From Heptranchias perlo (lineage: Eukaryota), in contig NC_090328.1 in assembly GCF_035084215.1 (NCBI RefSeq), positions 65,472,001 to 65,536,000 on the forward strand: a stretch of 64,000 nucleotides of DNA, in the 5' to 3' direction. A program made the position numbers and the translations under genes. Every line of letters begins with the position of its first letter. Position 1 is the stretch's first letter. This document shows, piece after piece, positions 47,200 through 60,607 of the stretch. The notes below the pieces were generated by a model. It was not told the DNA's origin. It searched no databases and saw nothing but the letters and a program-made list of their open reading frames with translations.

Positions 47200-49410
47200 A
47201 CTGTACACTGCATCTTGTAGACGCTGGGGGCACAGTACACAGCACCTTGTAGACGCTGGGGGCACAGTACACTGCATCTTGTGGACGCTGGGGGCACAGT
47301 ACACTGCATCTTGTGGACGCTGGGGACACAGTACACTGCATCTTGTGGACACTGGGGGCACAGTACACTGCATCTTGTGGACGCTGGGGGCACAGTACAC
47401 TGCATCTTGTGGACGCTGGGGACACAGTACACTGCATCTTGTGGACGCTGGGGGCACAGTACACTGCATCTTGTAGACGCTGGAGGGCACAGTACACTGC
47501 ATCTTGTAGACACTGGGGGCACAGTACACTGCATCTTGTAGACACTGGGGGCACAGTACACTGCATCTTGTAGACACTGGGGGCACAGTACACTGCATCT
47601 TGTAGACACTGGGGGCACAGTACACTGCATCTTGTAGACACTGGGGGCACAGTACACTGCAGCTTGTAGACGCTGGGGGCACAGTACACTGCAGCTTGTA
47701 GATGCTGGGGGACACAGTACACTGCAGCTTGTGGACACTGGGGGCACAGTACACTGCATCTTGTAGATGCTGGGGACACAGTACACCGCATCTTGTAGAC
47801 GCTGGAGGGCACAGTACACTGCAGCTTGTAGATGCTGGGGGCACAGTACACCGCATCTTGTAGACGCTGGAGGGCACAGTACACTGCATCTTGTAGATGC
47901 TGGGGGCACAGTACACCGCATCTTGTAGACGCTGGAGGGCACAGTACACTGCATCTTGTAGATGCTGGGGGCACAGTACACTGCATCTTGTGGACGCTGA
48001 GAGCACAGTACACTGCATCTTGTGGACACTGGGGACACAGTACACTGAATCTTGTAGATGCTGGGGGCCACAGTACACCGCAGAATCTGGAGGCACAGTA
48101 CACTGCATCTTGTAGACGCTGGGGGCACAGTACGCTGCATCTTGTAGACGCTGGGGGGCACAGTACACTGCATCTTGTAGACACTGGGGGCACAGTACAC
48201 TGAATCTTGTGGACGCTGGAGGGCACAGTACACAGCATCTTGTGGACGCTGAGAGCACAGTACACTGCATCTTGTAGACGCTGGGGGGCACAGTACACTG
48301 AATCTTGTGGACGCTGGAGGGCACAGTACACTGAATCTTGTGGACGCTGGAGGGCACAGTACACTGCATCTTGTAGACGCTGGGGGGCACAGTACACTGC
48401 ATCTTGTAGAAGCTGGGGGCCACAGTACACTGCAGAATCTGGAGGCACAGTACACTGCATCTTGTAGACTCCGGGGACACAGTATAGTGCAGACTCCAGG
48501 AACACAGTACACTGCAGACTCCAGGAACACAGAATACTGCATTTTACAAACACTGGGGACACAGTACACTGCATCTTGCAGACTCTTGGGGCATAGTACA
48601 CTGCATCATGCATACTCTGGGGACACAGTACACTGCATCATGCATACTCTGGGGACACAGTACACTGCATCATGCATACTCTGGGGACACAGTACACTGT
48701 ATCTTGCATGCTTTGGGCACAGTACACTACATCTTGCAGACTCTGGGGGCACAGTACACTGCATCTTGCAGACTCTGAGGGCACAGTACACTGCATCTTG
48801 CAGACTCTGAGGGCACAGTACACTACATCTTGCAGACTCTGAGGGCACAGTACACTGCATCATGCATACTCTGGGGACACAGTACACTGCATCTTGCAGA
48901 CTCTGAGGGCACAGTACACTGCATCTTGCAGACTCTTGGGGCACAGTACACTGCATCTTGCAGACTCTTGGGGCACAGTACACTGCATCTTGCAGACTCT
49001 GGGGGCACAGTACACTGCATCATGCATACTCTGGGGACACAGTACACTGCATCATGCAGACTCTGGGGGCACAGTACGCTGCATCATGCATACTCTGGGG
49101 ACACAGTACACTGCATCATGCATACTCTGGGGACACAGTACACTGCATCTTGCAGACTCTGAGGGCACAGTACACTGCATCTTGCAGACTCTTGGGGCAC
49201 AGTACACTGCATCTTGCAGACTCTTGGGGCACAGTACACTGCATCATGCATACTCTGGGGACACAGTACACTGCATCATGCATACTCTGGGGGCACAGTA
49301 CACTGCATCATGCAGACTCTGGGGGCACAGTACGCTGCATCTTGCAGACTCTGGGGGCACAGTACGCTGCATCTTGCATATTCTGAAGGCACAGTACACT
49401 GCAGACTCTG
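47200..49410. repeat. Minisatellite, 32-33-bp unit CACAGTACACTGCATCTTG(T/C)AGAC(G/A/T)CTGGGGG, roughly 68 copies
   Basis: Directly visible tandem array with two sub-domains separated by shorter units at about 48470-48550. Confidence 0.98.
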
Positions 49411-49924
49411 GAAGCAGGCAGGCTCCCGCGATGCACCCACAAATGAGCAGGAGCCTGTCACTGAAACGTGTATGAGGAACTTCTCCCTGACCCCAGAAAG
49501 TCTGCTGAGGTCAGCAGCAGAGGTTCCCAGCAGGAGCAATCCCAGGGTAATTGCCAGGATTGCAGAACCATAGGTATTATAGGGCCAAGGTCCAAACATG
49601 TGGGTGCAGATCCTGATCCATCGCTCCACATTTACTTTAGTTAACCTAGTGACTAGAACTAGGCAGCACATTTATAGATCCATATATAACAGAGCCTTGC
49701 CTATTGGCAGCACTGCATTAATTCGGTCGCGTGTCTTTCATGATTTCCATCCATAATGTGCTTGTGATCTCTGCATTCATAAAAAGCCATCAACCCTGAT
49801 TGATTTGTGATACTAACAAATGCAGCATTGAGTTGCAAATTAGTAATACAATCCAAAATACAGGAAATTTCTCTCATTACAGATGGACAATCATGGGGTG
49901 GGATATATCCTTCATCCTTCATTT

Positions 49925-50108
49925 GTTCCTTCATCGTCGCTGGGTCAAAATCCTGAAACCTAACAGCATTGTGGGAGTAACTTCACCACACGGATTGCAG
50001 CAATTCAAGAAAAAAGCCCACCACCAGCTTCTCAAGGGCAACTAAGGATGGTTAATAAATGCTAGCCTGCCAGCGACGCCCACATCCTGGGAATGAATTT
50101 TTTTTTAA
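49925..50108 (+). mobile_element. 3' end of the Zenon-like LINE
   Basis: CTTCATCGTCGCTGGGTCAAAATCC..CTTCTCAAGGGCAA..GCCAGCGACGCCCACATCC. Confidence 0.85.
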
Positions 50109-51242
50109 ATGAATTCCCGATACCCACACCCAAAAATAAGGATCCTGGCCAAAAGCACAACTGACAAAGTTATATTAATATTGCAAATTAATACTAATAA
50201 ATACTGTAAGTTGTCTGACCATTGTGGAGATCACCCCCAGCTTCTTTTCTCCACCAACACCACTGTGAAGCACTTTGGCATATCTTTTTATGTTAAAGGC
50301 ACTATATAATTGCAAGTTATTGTTGATTTACTCCATAGAATGCAGCCAACAGAGGACCAACAGAATGTGTGCAGTTGGTTACACTCCAGTAGTGTAAGAG
50401 AGCCTAGTGTCACAAACTCAGTATTACTGAGTCTTAAATATTACACTCAAAGATCACTACCTCTTACTGCCTCATACTCAGAAGTTTTGTCTCAAATGTC
50501 ACACTTTCAGCAGGTCATATTCTGGAACTGAATAAAATTAATTGGTTCATTTTACCAGAATGTAGAAAGTTACAAACAGTACTTAAGGGATCAAATAAAT
50601 CCAAGAAATTGCAAACAGGTATTCTTCACTGTGGGTCATTCAGCTAATATTGCACAGCATATGCCACTTTGACTGGTCAAGAGCTTGCAAACTACAAGTG
50701 GGATATCACAGCTGAATACTATATGATTATAGGGTCTGAAGGTACTACTGACTCTTGTAATGTATAATACCAGTGAAGAATAGTGAGGAAAGAATTGGTG
50801 GAGAGGAGCTGTTAAATAAGATGAGATACTTATGTTATGAACTGCATTGGAATAATATTTGAGTATTCAAATAATGTGTCAAATATGCCAACCTGGAAAA
50901 GCTGACCAACAGCCTCGGAAAAGCTGACAACTCAGATTGAAACCAACAACATATGGTTACACTGAAAGTGCAGTGAGGCACGGGCTTGTCATAACTTAAG
51001 CTGTAGGTATACCAAACATTCCATCACTTGTCTAGCATAAAAATGTGACAAAATTCACTGGGATTTTCTCCCATTTCTTGCAGAGAATTTGGGGGCTACT
51101 ATGGATGTGTATTGGTACTCACTGTTGCTAAATCTGATTAATTGTTTTAAAATTGTTTCTAGACTTGTCACACATGGAGGTATTTTTACCCTCTCTCCTC
51201 CGACATTTCATGGAGTTACTTCTTTCCCACACAGTTTCCAAG

Positions 51243-51586
51243 GATGGGTGAAACTAGAACTAGGGGGCGTAATCTTAGAATAAGGGGCTGCTCTTTCAAA
51301 ACTGAGATGAGGAGAAACTTCTTCACTCAGAGGGTAGTAGGTCTGTGGAATTTGCTGCCCCAGGAAGCTGTGGAAGCTACATCATTAAATAAATTTAAAA
51401 CAGAAATAGACAGTTTCCTAGAAGTAAAGGGAATTGGGGGTTACGGGGAGCGGGCAGGAAATTGGACATGAATTTAGATTTGAGGTTAGGATCAGATCAG
51501 CCATGATCTTATTGAATGGCGGAGCAGGCTCGAGGGGCCGATTGGCCTACTCCTGCTCCTATTTCTTATGTTCTTATGTTCTTATT
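51243..51586 (+). mobile_element. Young CR1 3' fragment
   Basis: RRNFFTQRVVGLWNLLP; tail TTCTTATGTTCTTATGTTCTTAT. Confidence 0.92.
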
Positions 51587-51631
51587 CACTTTTTTTCCCT
51601 TGCCTTCTTCCGGACATACAGAGGCATGCTT

Positions 51632-52562
51632 CTTTTTTTTAATTTGTTCGTGGGGTGTGGGCGTCGCTGGAAAGGCCGGCATTTATTGCCCATCCCTATT
51701 GCCCTTGAGAAGGTGGTGGTGAGCCACCTTCTTGAACCGCTGCAGTCCATGTGGTGAAGGTTCTCCCACAGTGCTGTTAGGAAGGGAGTTCCAGGATTTT
51801 GACCCAGCGACGATGAAGGAACGGCGATATATTTTCAAGTCGGCATGGTGTGTGAGGTGGTGTTGTCCCCATGTGCCTGCTGCCCTTGTCCTTCTAGGTG
51901 GTAGAGATTGCGGGTTTGGGAGGTGCTGTCTTGGGAGGAAGCCTTGGCGAGTTGCTGCAGTGCATCCTGTATATGGTACACACTGCAGCCACGGTGTGCC
52001 GATGGTGAAGGGCGTGAATGTTTAGGGTGGTGGATGGGGTACCAATCAAGCGGGCTGCTTTGTCCTGGATGGTGTCAAGCTTCTTGAGTGTTGTTGGAGC
52101 TGCACTCATCCAGGCAAGTGGAGAGTATTTCATCACACTCCTGACTTATGCCTTGTAGATGGTGGAAAGGCTTTGGGGTGTCAGGAGGTGAGTCACTCTC
52201 CGCAGAATACCCAGCCTCTGACCTGCTCTTGTAGCCACAGTATTTTTATGGCTGGTCCAGTTAACTTTCTGTTCAAAGGTGACCCGCAGGATGTTGATGC
52301 TGAGGGATTCGGCGATGGTAATGCCGATGGTTGAATGTCAAGGGGAGGTGGTTAGACTCTCTCTTGTTGCCTGGCACTTGTTTGGCGTGAATGTTACTTG
52401 TCACTTATGAGCCCAAGCCTGGATGTTGTCCAGGTCTTGCTGCATGTGGGCACGGACCGTTTCATTATCTGAGGGGTTGCGAATGGACCTGAACACTGTG
52501 CAGTCATCAGCGAACCTCCGCATTTCTGACCATTTGATGGATGGAAGATCATTGATGAAGCA
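51632..52562 (-). mobile_element. 5'-truncated Zenon-like LINE
   Basis: CFINDLPS..FADDCTVF and KYSPLAWMSAAPTTLKKLD; the same 3' end as the other copies. Confidence 0.92.
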
Positions 52563-53724
52563 ACACCCATCTTCATATGGAGTTAAGAATTCTTGATCGC
52601 ACAAAACTATCACAAGATCAGTAATTCCCACCCACCACAACCATTTTTACTATAGAAGGGTAGGTCACTTTCATTGAACATCACTTCCTGTCATAAATTT
52701 TTGTTCTCACGTACCATCTTGAGCACGCAACAGAATTCTATCCACAAGTCATAGCATCAGAAGCATCAAGTAGTATGTAGCAGCAACAGTGAGGAATGGG
52801 ACCATTGCAACTGACCGTGGTGGCTTATAGGGTGACTTCAGTGCAGCATGGAAAGTTAAAGTCCCATTGATGTTTACCTGCAAATGTGGATGTGTGGACA
52901 TTGGGTGAACAACACTGATGTCAGCATAAAATTTGGACATTTACCATGTATGTATTATTCATGTTGTTTTTTTACATACAGCTTATTTTTACAAACTGAT
53001 GCAACTTTGTGAAGAGAATGTAAAAAAGGGTAAGTTAACTATCAAGGAAAATAGCAAAAGCCAGACTACAGTGCAAATTCTTAAATGTCAACCATTAAGC
53101 TGATGTTGGCCTTCTAATGTCTGTTTATTATTCATGCAACGAAGTGTTACTTATTAAAGAGTGGCAAAATGTTGCAGTACACACTTGGCATTTATAAATT
53201 GCTAGTGCAAGCACTTTTATGTATTCATTCATCCATTTTCCACGTGTGTAGATATGCAAATTGAGGAAATGATATTGGGATAAACCTTAGAAAGCTTCTG
53301 GATCTTGGATCATGCTGAAGCACTCATGTAACTTAAACACACAAATACAAGGTTTACCAATTGCGGTACACCAATACTAGTTTAGTCAAGTTTACATTAG
53401 AGCTGTATATTAGGATTTCCTGTGAAATGTTGATTGGAGTAAAGATAGTGGGCGTTACTTGTACCGTGCTTGTGCCTTGGACAGATATTTCACTTTTATG
53501 AGAGGTCTGTCAAAGCTGGTGTCAATGTTTTATCTATTTCAGTGCCTCAGTGCATTTTCCTGTTTCATTCAGTGACGCAAAGAATCATTTCAAGCTGGCA
53601 AATGTTAATAAGACAATTTAAATGCATTTCTTGCAGATTTTTGTGTCAGCATACCAGAACTTTGTTAGAGAAAGAAATGGCCTCATGTGATGTATAAAAC
53701 ATTTACAAGCCATTTATTCCCTGG

Positions 53725-53775
53725 GACTACATTAAAGGTGCTATATAAATGCACGTTGTTGTTGTTGTTGTTGTT
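53725..53775 (+). repeat. L2/SINE-type tail with (GTT)n
   Basis: TTAAAGGTGCTATATAAATGCA followed by (GTT)7; a similar tail lies at 50262-50325. Confidence 0.6.
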
Positions 53776-55744
53776 GGGATGGAAGGGCATTTCTAAAGGA
53801 ACGTACGGTCCATTGAGGGCAGGTGAAAATTACTAAGCTTATTTTTATTTCAATTTTGAATTAAATTCTATTTGCTTATTAAAATTAAGTTCACTGCAAA
53901 TACCTCACAAAATATGGCTGTGATCCCCCATAGAAATCACTCAACTCCCTGTGTCTGTGCCACAGTAATACAGCTGCACCCTCCTTAACAATACATGGTG
54001 AAAGAAATGCACGGCGGAAAATCGGAGGATGAAGAATAGGTTCCAGGATTGACATTGAGGTAAAATATGTTTGCACTGCAAAATGTGGAACAAATGCATT
54101 TTTGCTGCAGCATTTACTGAATAGAACCCAGTCCCACGTTTGCTGTGAATTTGGAATGAAATCCTAGGAACTGGTGAAGTGTAAATATTGCAAAATTATT
54201 TGCTCCAATGGGATCTCAAAGTAAGAGATCTGAGGCTGCAAATCAGGAGATTGACTTCAAGCTGTTGTAAATGCCTGATGTAGATCTCCTGCTGGTTTCA
54301 ACTAGAAATCAAAGCCCAGTGCATGCGTGGACCTGGTGATTTAATACCAGCCTGACTGGCTTGAGGCCCAACTGACATGAGTTAACTTGGGACAGCCCTT
54401 ACTATAAATCCCCAGGCACTGTACCTGACCAGAACTAAACGCAGTCTTTGGCAAGCTGTATAAAAAAATTAGAAACAGGATTTGAATAGCCTTTTGGAAT
54501 TAAAGACTCTCACCTCCCAGTGTTAAATTCCCAATTAGTGGGATGTTTGATCATTTGAAATCATACTAAACAACCCCAACCATTTCCAAAAGCAACAGTT
54601 TCTTTTCAGTATTTCCTACCTCATCACTAGGTATGTGTATCGACTAAGAGGATTGTTCGATGTTCAGGAATAACACCGCTGTGGTGGACTATTGACTGTC
54701 TATATTTTTGCTTGTAGTCAAGAATGTAGACAACATAGGTGCCCAGAGTTTCCTCGGGGTTCTCCCGATCAGTCACTATAACTTCGGCAGAAATCTTTGA
54801 TAAACCACGTACGTGGCCGATTGGGAGAGTTTCCAAGCGAGGGCTGCTAAAGCTAAGAGCGTAAAGTGATGTAATTTATTTCAGATTGGTGTAAACTGTC
54901 CAAGTCGATTTGCCTGTCACTAACTTCTCTAAGGAACAGAACTACAATGCATGCATGGGTACAGTGATGTGATACCTTCCCCAGAGCATGAACTGTAAAG
55001 TAGAATGTAAGTGCTGAGCTACTACAATAAATTCAAAGCAACTTGATCCAAGCGGAAAGTGATCTTCAAGTGAAACAAAGGATTAAAGCACCATGAAGAA
55101 CTGTGTCTGAAGGATTTTAGATGATCAAAGTCTTTGACACAAAGGCCGGATTGAATATTTCTTGCATAGGTGAAAGCTGTTTTGCCCCATTATTGCTACA
55201 AATAAATCGTTCCACTGCCAAAAGCAGTGGTCGTGTAAACACAGCTCTACAAATGACTGAGCACCAGAATATTTGAAACAGAACCCATATATCACTAGTG
55301 CACAGATAAAGTGGAGCACGTTTCAGACTATATTAGAATTAGTAGTTTCATTCTTAAAATGAACTACCTTTTTTTCAGTTGGTTTACCTCTGTTGTGAAA
55401 GCACTTTTCTATCGGAAATGCTTGTCTCAAGGGACTTTAATCATTTGCATGATATAAATGATGTAAATATAGGGGATTTGTGCCATTAAAAGCATGATTT
55501 GTGCCCCAGATAGTAACCAAGCAATAAATCAGCTGAACACTTCTGGCAGTTAGAGGAGGAATCAGTTATTAATTATGTGATTTCAGAATACAACTCCTTG
55601 TTTATTGACAGTAAAACTTCATTTCAGCTGGGGATAGGTGGAAAGCAGTTTTAAATGTATGATGGCCCAAATATTAATATACATAGCTTTGAAGTTAACA
55701 TACCAACATGATTAATAAAAATAAAAACATTTTTTGCTTTTTTT

Positions 55745-56085
55745 CCCCTAATTTTCTCCCCTTTTCTCATGAATGTACTGACTTTTGTTCTCGTAAAATT
55801 CGACAGGCAACTCTCTAGAACCTTAGTCAACCAGCCATTCAGACAGTGAGTGTTGGCAGGCTATTTGAGCACAGAAGGGATGTGTCAAGCCCGAACTGTT
55901 CTCACTCAACTTTCAGGAATTCTCAACCATGGTTTCCAACAGGGATCAGGATAGTAATCAGGAGTGGAACCCTGTTTCATTTTATTTTTAATTCTGGGAA
56001 GCCCAACTACTCCAGTCTGATATTTGCACAGAATCAGATCTGGAGCCTCCTGGTTTGTATAGCTTTGTGTTACGCATGAAAGGTC
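55745..56085 (-). mobile_element. Ancient SINE (AmnSINE2-like)
   Basis: Homologous to 3350-3640 and 10055-10395. Confidence 0.6.
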
Positions 56086-56286
56086 TAAAATGAAGGTGCC
56101 CTTCTCCACCAGTTGGGTTGTTGCCTTCTGTTGTGGACTATTTTGTCCTGCAAGCAAAGAAGTAGTGCTGAGATAGTGGATGTTTGAAAAGCGCATGGGT
56201 GAGTGACAAACAAGTGACTACAAGTAGCTTGTTTGTGAGTAAGTTAACATGCGTCGTGCAAGTTTTTTGCATGGCATGCTTGCTTT

Positions 56287-57263
56287 ATATATTCACTTTA
56301 TTTATTAATGACATAGATAACACAATGGAGAGCCGTATATTCAAGTTTGCCGATGATACAAAGATTGGTGGCATAGTAAGTAGTGTAGATGGGAGCATAA
56401 AATTACAAAGAAACATTGATAGATTCAGTGAGTGGCAAAACTGTGGCAGATGGATTTCAACGCAGGTAAGTGTGAGGTCATCCATTTTGGACCAAAAAAG
56501 GATAGATCAGAGTATTTTTTCAATGATGAAAAGCTAGGAACAATGGAGGTCCAAAGAGATTTAGGGGTCCATGTTCACAGATCACTAAAATGTAGTGGTC
56601 AGGTACAAAAAGTAATCAAAAAGGCTAATGGAATGTTAGCCTTTATAACTAGAGGGCTGGAATATAAAGGGGAGGAAGTTTTGCTACAGTTATACAAAGC
56701 CCTGGTCAGACCACATTTGGAGTACTATGTACAGTTCTGGACACTGCACCTTAGAAAGGATATATTGGCCTTGGAAGGAGTGCAGTGCAGATTCACCAGA
56801 ATGTTACCAGGGCTCCAAGGGTTAAATTATGAGGAGAGATTACATAAACTGGGCTTGACTTCCCTGGAACATAAAAGGTTAAGGGGTGATTTGATTGGGG
56901 ATTTTAGGATTTTGAAAGGAATTGATAGGGTGGATAGAGAGAAACTTTTTCTGCTGGTGGGGGAGTCTAGGACAAGGGGACATAACCTTACAATCAGAGC
57001 CAGGCCATTCAGGAGAGAAGTTAGGAAACACTTCTTCATGCAAAGAGTGGTAGAAATGTGGAACTCTCACAAAAAGCAGTAGATGTTAGCTCAATTAATA
57101 ATTTTAAATCTGAGATTGATAGATTTTTGCTAGCCAAGGGTATAAGGGATAGGAAGCCAAGGCGGCTGGATGGAGTTAGGATACAGATCAGCCATGATCT
57201 CATTGAATGGTGGAACAGGCTCAAGGGGTTGAATGGCCTACTCCTATTCCTATGTTCCTATGT
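56287..57263 (+). mobile_element. 5'-truncated CR1 LINE
   Basis: FINDID..KFADDTK, WQMDFNAGKCEVIHFG and RPHLEY; tail TTCCTATGTTCCTATG. Confidence 0.93.
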
Positions 57264-59084
57264 TTACGGGGTCACCTTTCCAAATGATAATGCGACAATG
57301 GTTCCAATTTGAAATGACAGTAATAAAGTGTGCCCTACTGTGGTAAGGAGATGCATGTGAAAGAGCTTTTTTTCTGATGGTACAACATACATCCTTTATC
57401 AGGGTGTAAGAAGAAACTCTTAGTGGTCTGCATAATTTTCTCATCTATTTGATACAGCACAATGCTGACTTAGTCTTTCCTTGGCAGATTCCTTGAGGGT
57501 ATCAAACCTTTCCGATGTCCTCTGGATCACCTACTCCGATGTCCTCTGGATGTTTGAGAATGTATTGATCCTGGTAACCACTAAGCAGCCTGGATATCTC
57601 CTCTGTGAGAAGGGTGCCCTGAGATGTCAAAGAGGCCAACCCTCATTTGCTATACTTCTTCCAAAGCACCTCTAAACATGCCTCAGAAAAAGAAGTCGAT
57701 CTGTACTTTTCTCGAGCCATTTCTTTTAGTGTGCCCAGCAAAAATGAAGCTGTGTGTTACTTCACACCTCTCACTGACGGCAAGCTACCACATGGCAGAC
57801 GTAATCCAGGCCAGGAGTTCACTCTGAGTAGTTAATTAGACCACCCTCATAACTCCCGGGTTAGAAGCCAGCAGGAAGTGTGACCCGTCCTCCTGGGAAT
57901 CTCCATGGGAAGCCCAGCTGATATTAACTGCTGGGCCGCATTTATATCCCGCCAGCTAGCTGCCCACCCGAAAATGGGCATAAAGAGGCAGCTGGCCAAT
58001 TGCCAGCAAGTCAAATCAGATGACACAGAGGCTGCTCGCTGCCACTCAGGTAAATCGGAGGGGGGGGGTGGTGTGAGGGGCAGCAGATGGACGGCAGGGT
58101 CTTGCAAGTAGTGGGGGGGTGGAGTTCAGTGCAGTAGAGGCCTAGACTTTTCATGTAGGGCCCAAAGGGTCACTCCTGCTGGTTGCACAAAGATTAGATT
58201 TTAGGGCCTCTGCTTCTTCCCTAACAGCTTTTACAGAACAGGGCCCCCACGATGGGCATTCCACTTAGTAGGCTATTAAAATGCTAAACGGTCTGGGTCA
58301 GACAACCACCTCTAGCATCAGCAGGGTTAAAACTGTTGTGGGGCAAGGATGGAGCGGCAAATGGAGCCGCTCGATTTTAACTCCCATTGCCCACAGTCTC
58401 TGCTGGTCAGAGTTAAAATCCCCACTTATGAGATCAGCCGACCCCAATTTTATCCTGGTGGCAGAATGCAGACCCAGTTTTTCTTGGCATATTCCAAGGT
58501 CTTGGAACAGATCAACTGCTCACTTGCTTAGACAGGAAATAGTGCACAGAGTGCAGTGACATAAAGAGAGGAAACAAAGAACTTTATTTGAAATGGAGTT
58601 TTCAGAAAATCCATGATTCACCCTCATACCTGCTAAGTCTTGACACAGTGTGACCCAGCCATTGTCCTGGGCATTTGAAAATCCCACAGCATTCTCTAGG
58701 AAACAGGTATGGGAGCAAACTTCAAATTGAAGCACAAATCAACTTTTTCTGCAGATGTAATTTTCTTTCGGTATTAAAAAATTGCTAACCCTGATCTTTA
58801 CATTCTTGTGGTATCTGGAGTTATTAACTGTATTTGTTTCATTAGTGAAATGAAAGTTGTAAGCAGTAAAAATGAATTAAAATGGTAAGCTAAATCACAT
58901 CACTAATAAATCACAATCAGTTTGGGTTGCCTCTACATTGGCACAAGAAAGGTATATCAGTTGAATCTGAACTTTTATATGAAGCCAGCATTCTACAGCA
59001 TAAAATGCAGAGTGAACTATACTTAGCTAGGTGTTCTACAAGGTCTATATTAGTTACCTATTGATGTCTTTCAAAAGGATATTT

Positions 59085-59582
59085 GAGATGTAAATGCATT
59101 AAAAAAATACAAACTCTATAGTGCTCTGGTCTGACTAGAATACTACATCCAGTTCTGGTCATCAAGTTACAAGAGAGACATTCAAGCACTGTGTCAGGGC
59201 AGAGAAGAGCCACACTATCAGGAGTCTGAGTTATGAGGAAATACTGAATAATGTCAGTTTTACTGCTTGGAAGAAGGAATCTGAGAGGTGACCTCACAGA
59301 GGTATATAAGATCACTAAGGATATAGAAAAGTTAGCACAAAATATTATTTTAAACTGTGAGAGCAAAACAAGCATTTTAGGACTGGTATCAGGAACTTCT
59401 TCTTTACATATAGAGTCATCAATGTGTGGAATAAACTTCCAGATAGAGTCATGGTAGCAAAAACCCAGGAAACATTTAAGAAACAATTGGATGCTACAAT
59501 GGGGGAACATTAGGATCTGTCTGGATGGATGAATTAAGATGGGCTGAATAGCCTTTCTTATCTGTAATTATGTTGTGATCTT
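59085..59582 (+). mobile_element. Old CR1 3' fragment
   Basis: Remnants CCAGTTCTGGTCA and LRGDLTEVYKI; the tail is shared with 6350-6445. Confidence 0.75.
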
Positions 59583-59843
59583 GCAAAGAGCTCATATTTT
59601 TATATTGGAAAAATATTGACCATAGGAATAAAATCAACAAAACCATTTCATCATTGGATTATTGGTCTTTAGTTGTTTTCTGCCCAGGCAATTTGATTTC
59701 AAGAGGCTGCTTCATGTTTCCAAATTCTAAAATGGTGGCTTGGATTGCATGGCCTGTTCGAAAAACATCGCAAGCTGATTAAGGGCCGACAATTACACAG
59801 AGTGTCTCCGGCAGGAGACTGGTGGGACCTCTAGAGAAACAAT

Positions 59844-60607
59844 GGCCCTGATATTTCCGGGGAGGTGGGACAGGAGCGGAGGAACCTGTCAGTGGCCAGC
59901 AAACCTGGAAGCACGGGAAAGGTGGACGTCTTGCCGCATTTAACGGCAGGACCGCATTATAATTTTTTACTCAGTTTCCTGCCCAGCAGCTGGCCAGATT
60001 GAGAGGTTAGCTGGCTGCTGGGCGGGAAACTGAGTAAAAAATGGCAGCCAGGCACCAGAGAGCGGAGAGGGAGACATCGCGGGGGAGGAGAGAGATCACG
60101 GTGGGGCGGGGGGGTGGGGAGAAATCGCAGTGGGGGCGACATCACTGGGTGGGGGGGGGGGGGAGACATCGCGGGAGGAGACATCACTGTGGGGCGGGGG
60201 TGGGGGAGTCGGCCGCTCCCGGGGGTGTTTGAAGATCATGGCAGTTTTGCTTGGGAGGCCAGGGGAAACATTCCTACCCCTCCTGCCCCACAAGCAGTCC
60301 TGGAAAAGCACTTACCTGCTGGATCCGGCAATTCTCGCCTCCCTTTAGCTGCTGGGAGACCCGGGAAACCCGTCCAGCAGCTGTTAAATCCAAATGGGTG
60401 ACAAAATCTGATGCACACAGCCTCATTAACATATTATAATTACCGACCCACCTCTCAAGAGCAGGTTACTCGCCTGACCCCTAACCTGCCCTGCTTAAAC
60501 CGGAAGTAGGCCTGTTCGTGGCGGGTTGGGGTCTGCTTTCCCATTTTTAACAATTTAACTCTCCCCCACCTCTCTCCCGCCCATCCTGGAGGGTAAAAAT
60601 TCCCCGC
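59844..60607. mobile_element. Harbinger-type MITE nested in the centre of a hairpin MITE (host about 59783-60686)
   Basis: Flanked by AAT (59841-59843 and 60608-60610). Excision restores GAAACAATGTAAATG, the centre of the 16613-16789 MITE family. Confidence 0.75.

Noticed and set aside
47200-49410. CRISPR-like periodicity
   Set aside because: There are no unique spacers and no cas genes, and the context is vertebrate.
47121-49671. Long Cys-rich ORFs on both strands
   Set aside because: The 32-bp unit cycles the same three peptides through all frames; this is a repeat artefact.
57522-57551. Direct repeat TCCGATGTCCTCTGGAT, with a second copy starting at about 57535
   Set aside because: An isolated short local duplication with no further structure.
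60075-60226. G-quadruplex-prone G tracts (also 15988-16020)
   Set aside because: They lie within or next to repeats and are common low-complexity sequence, with no evidence of function.
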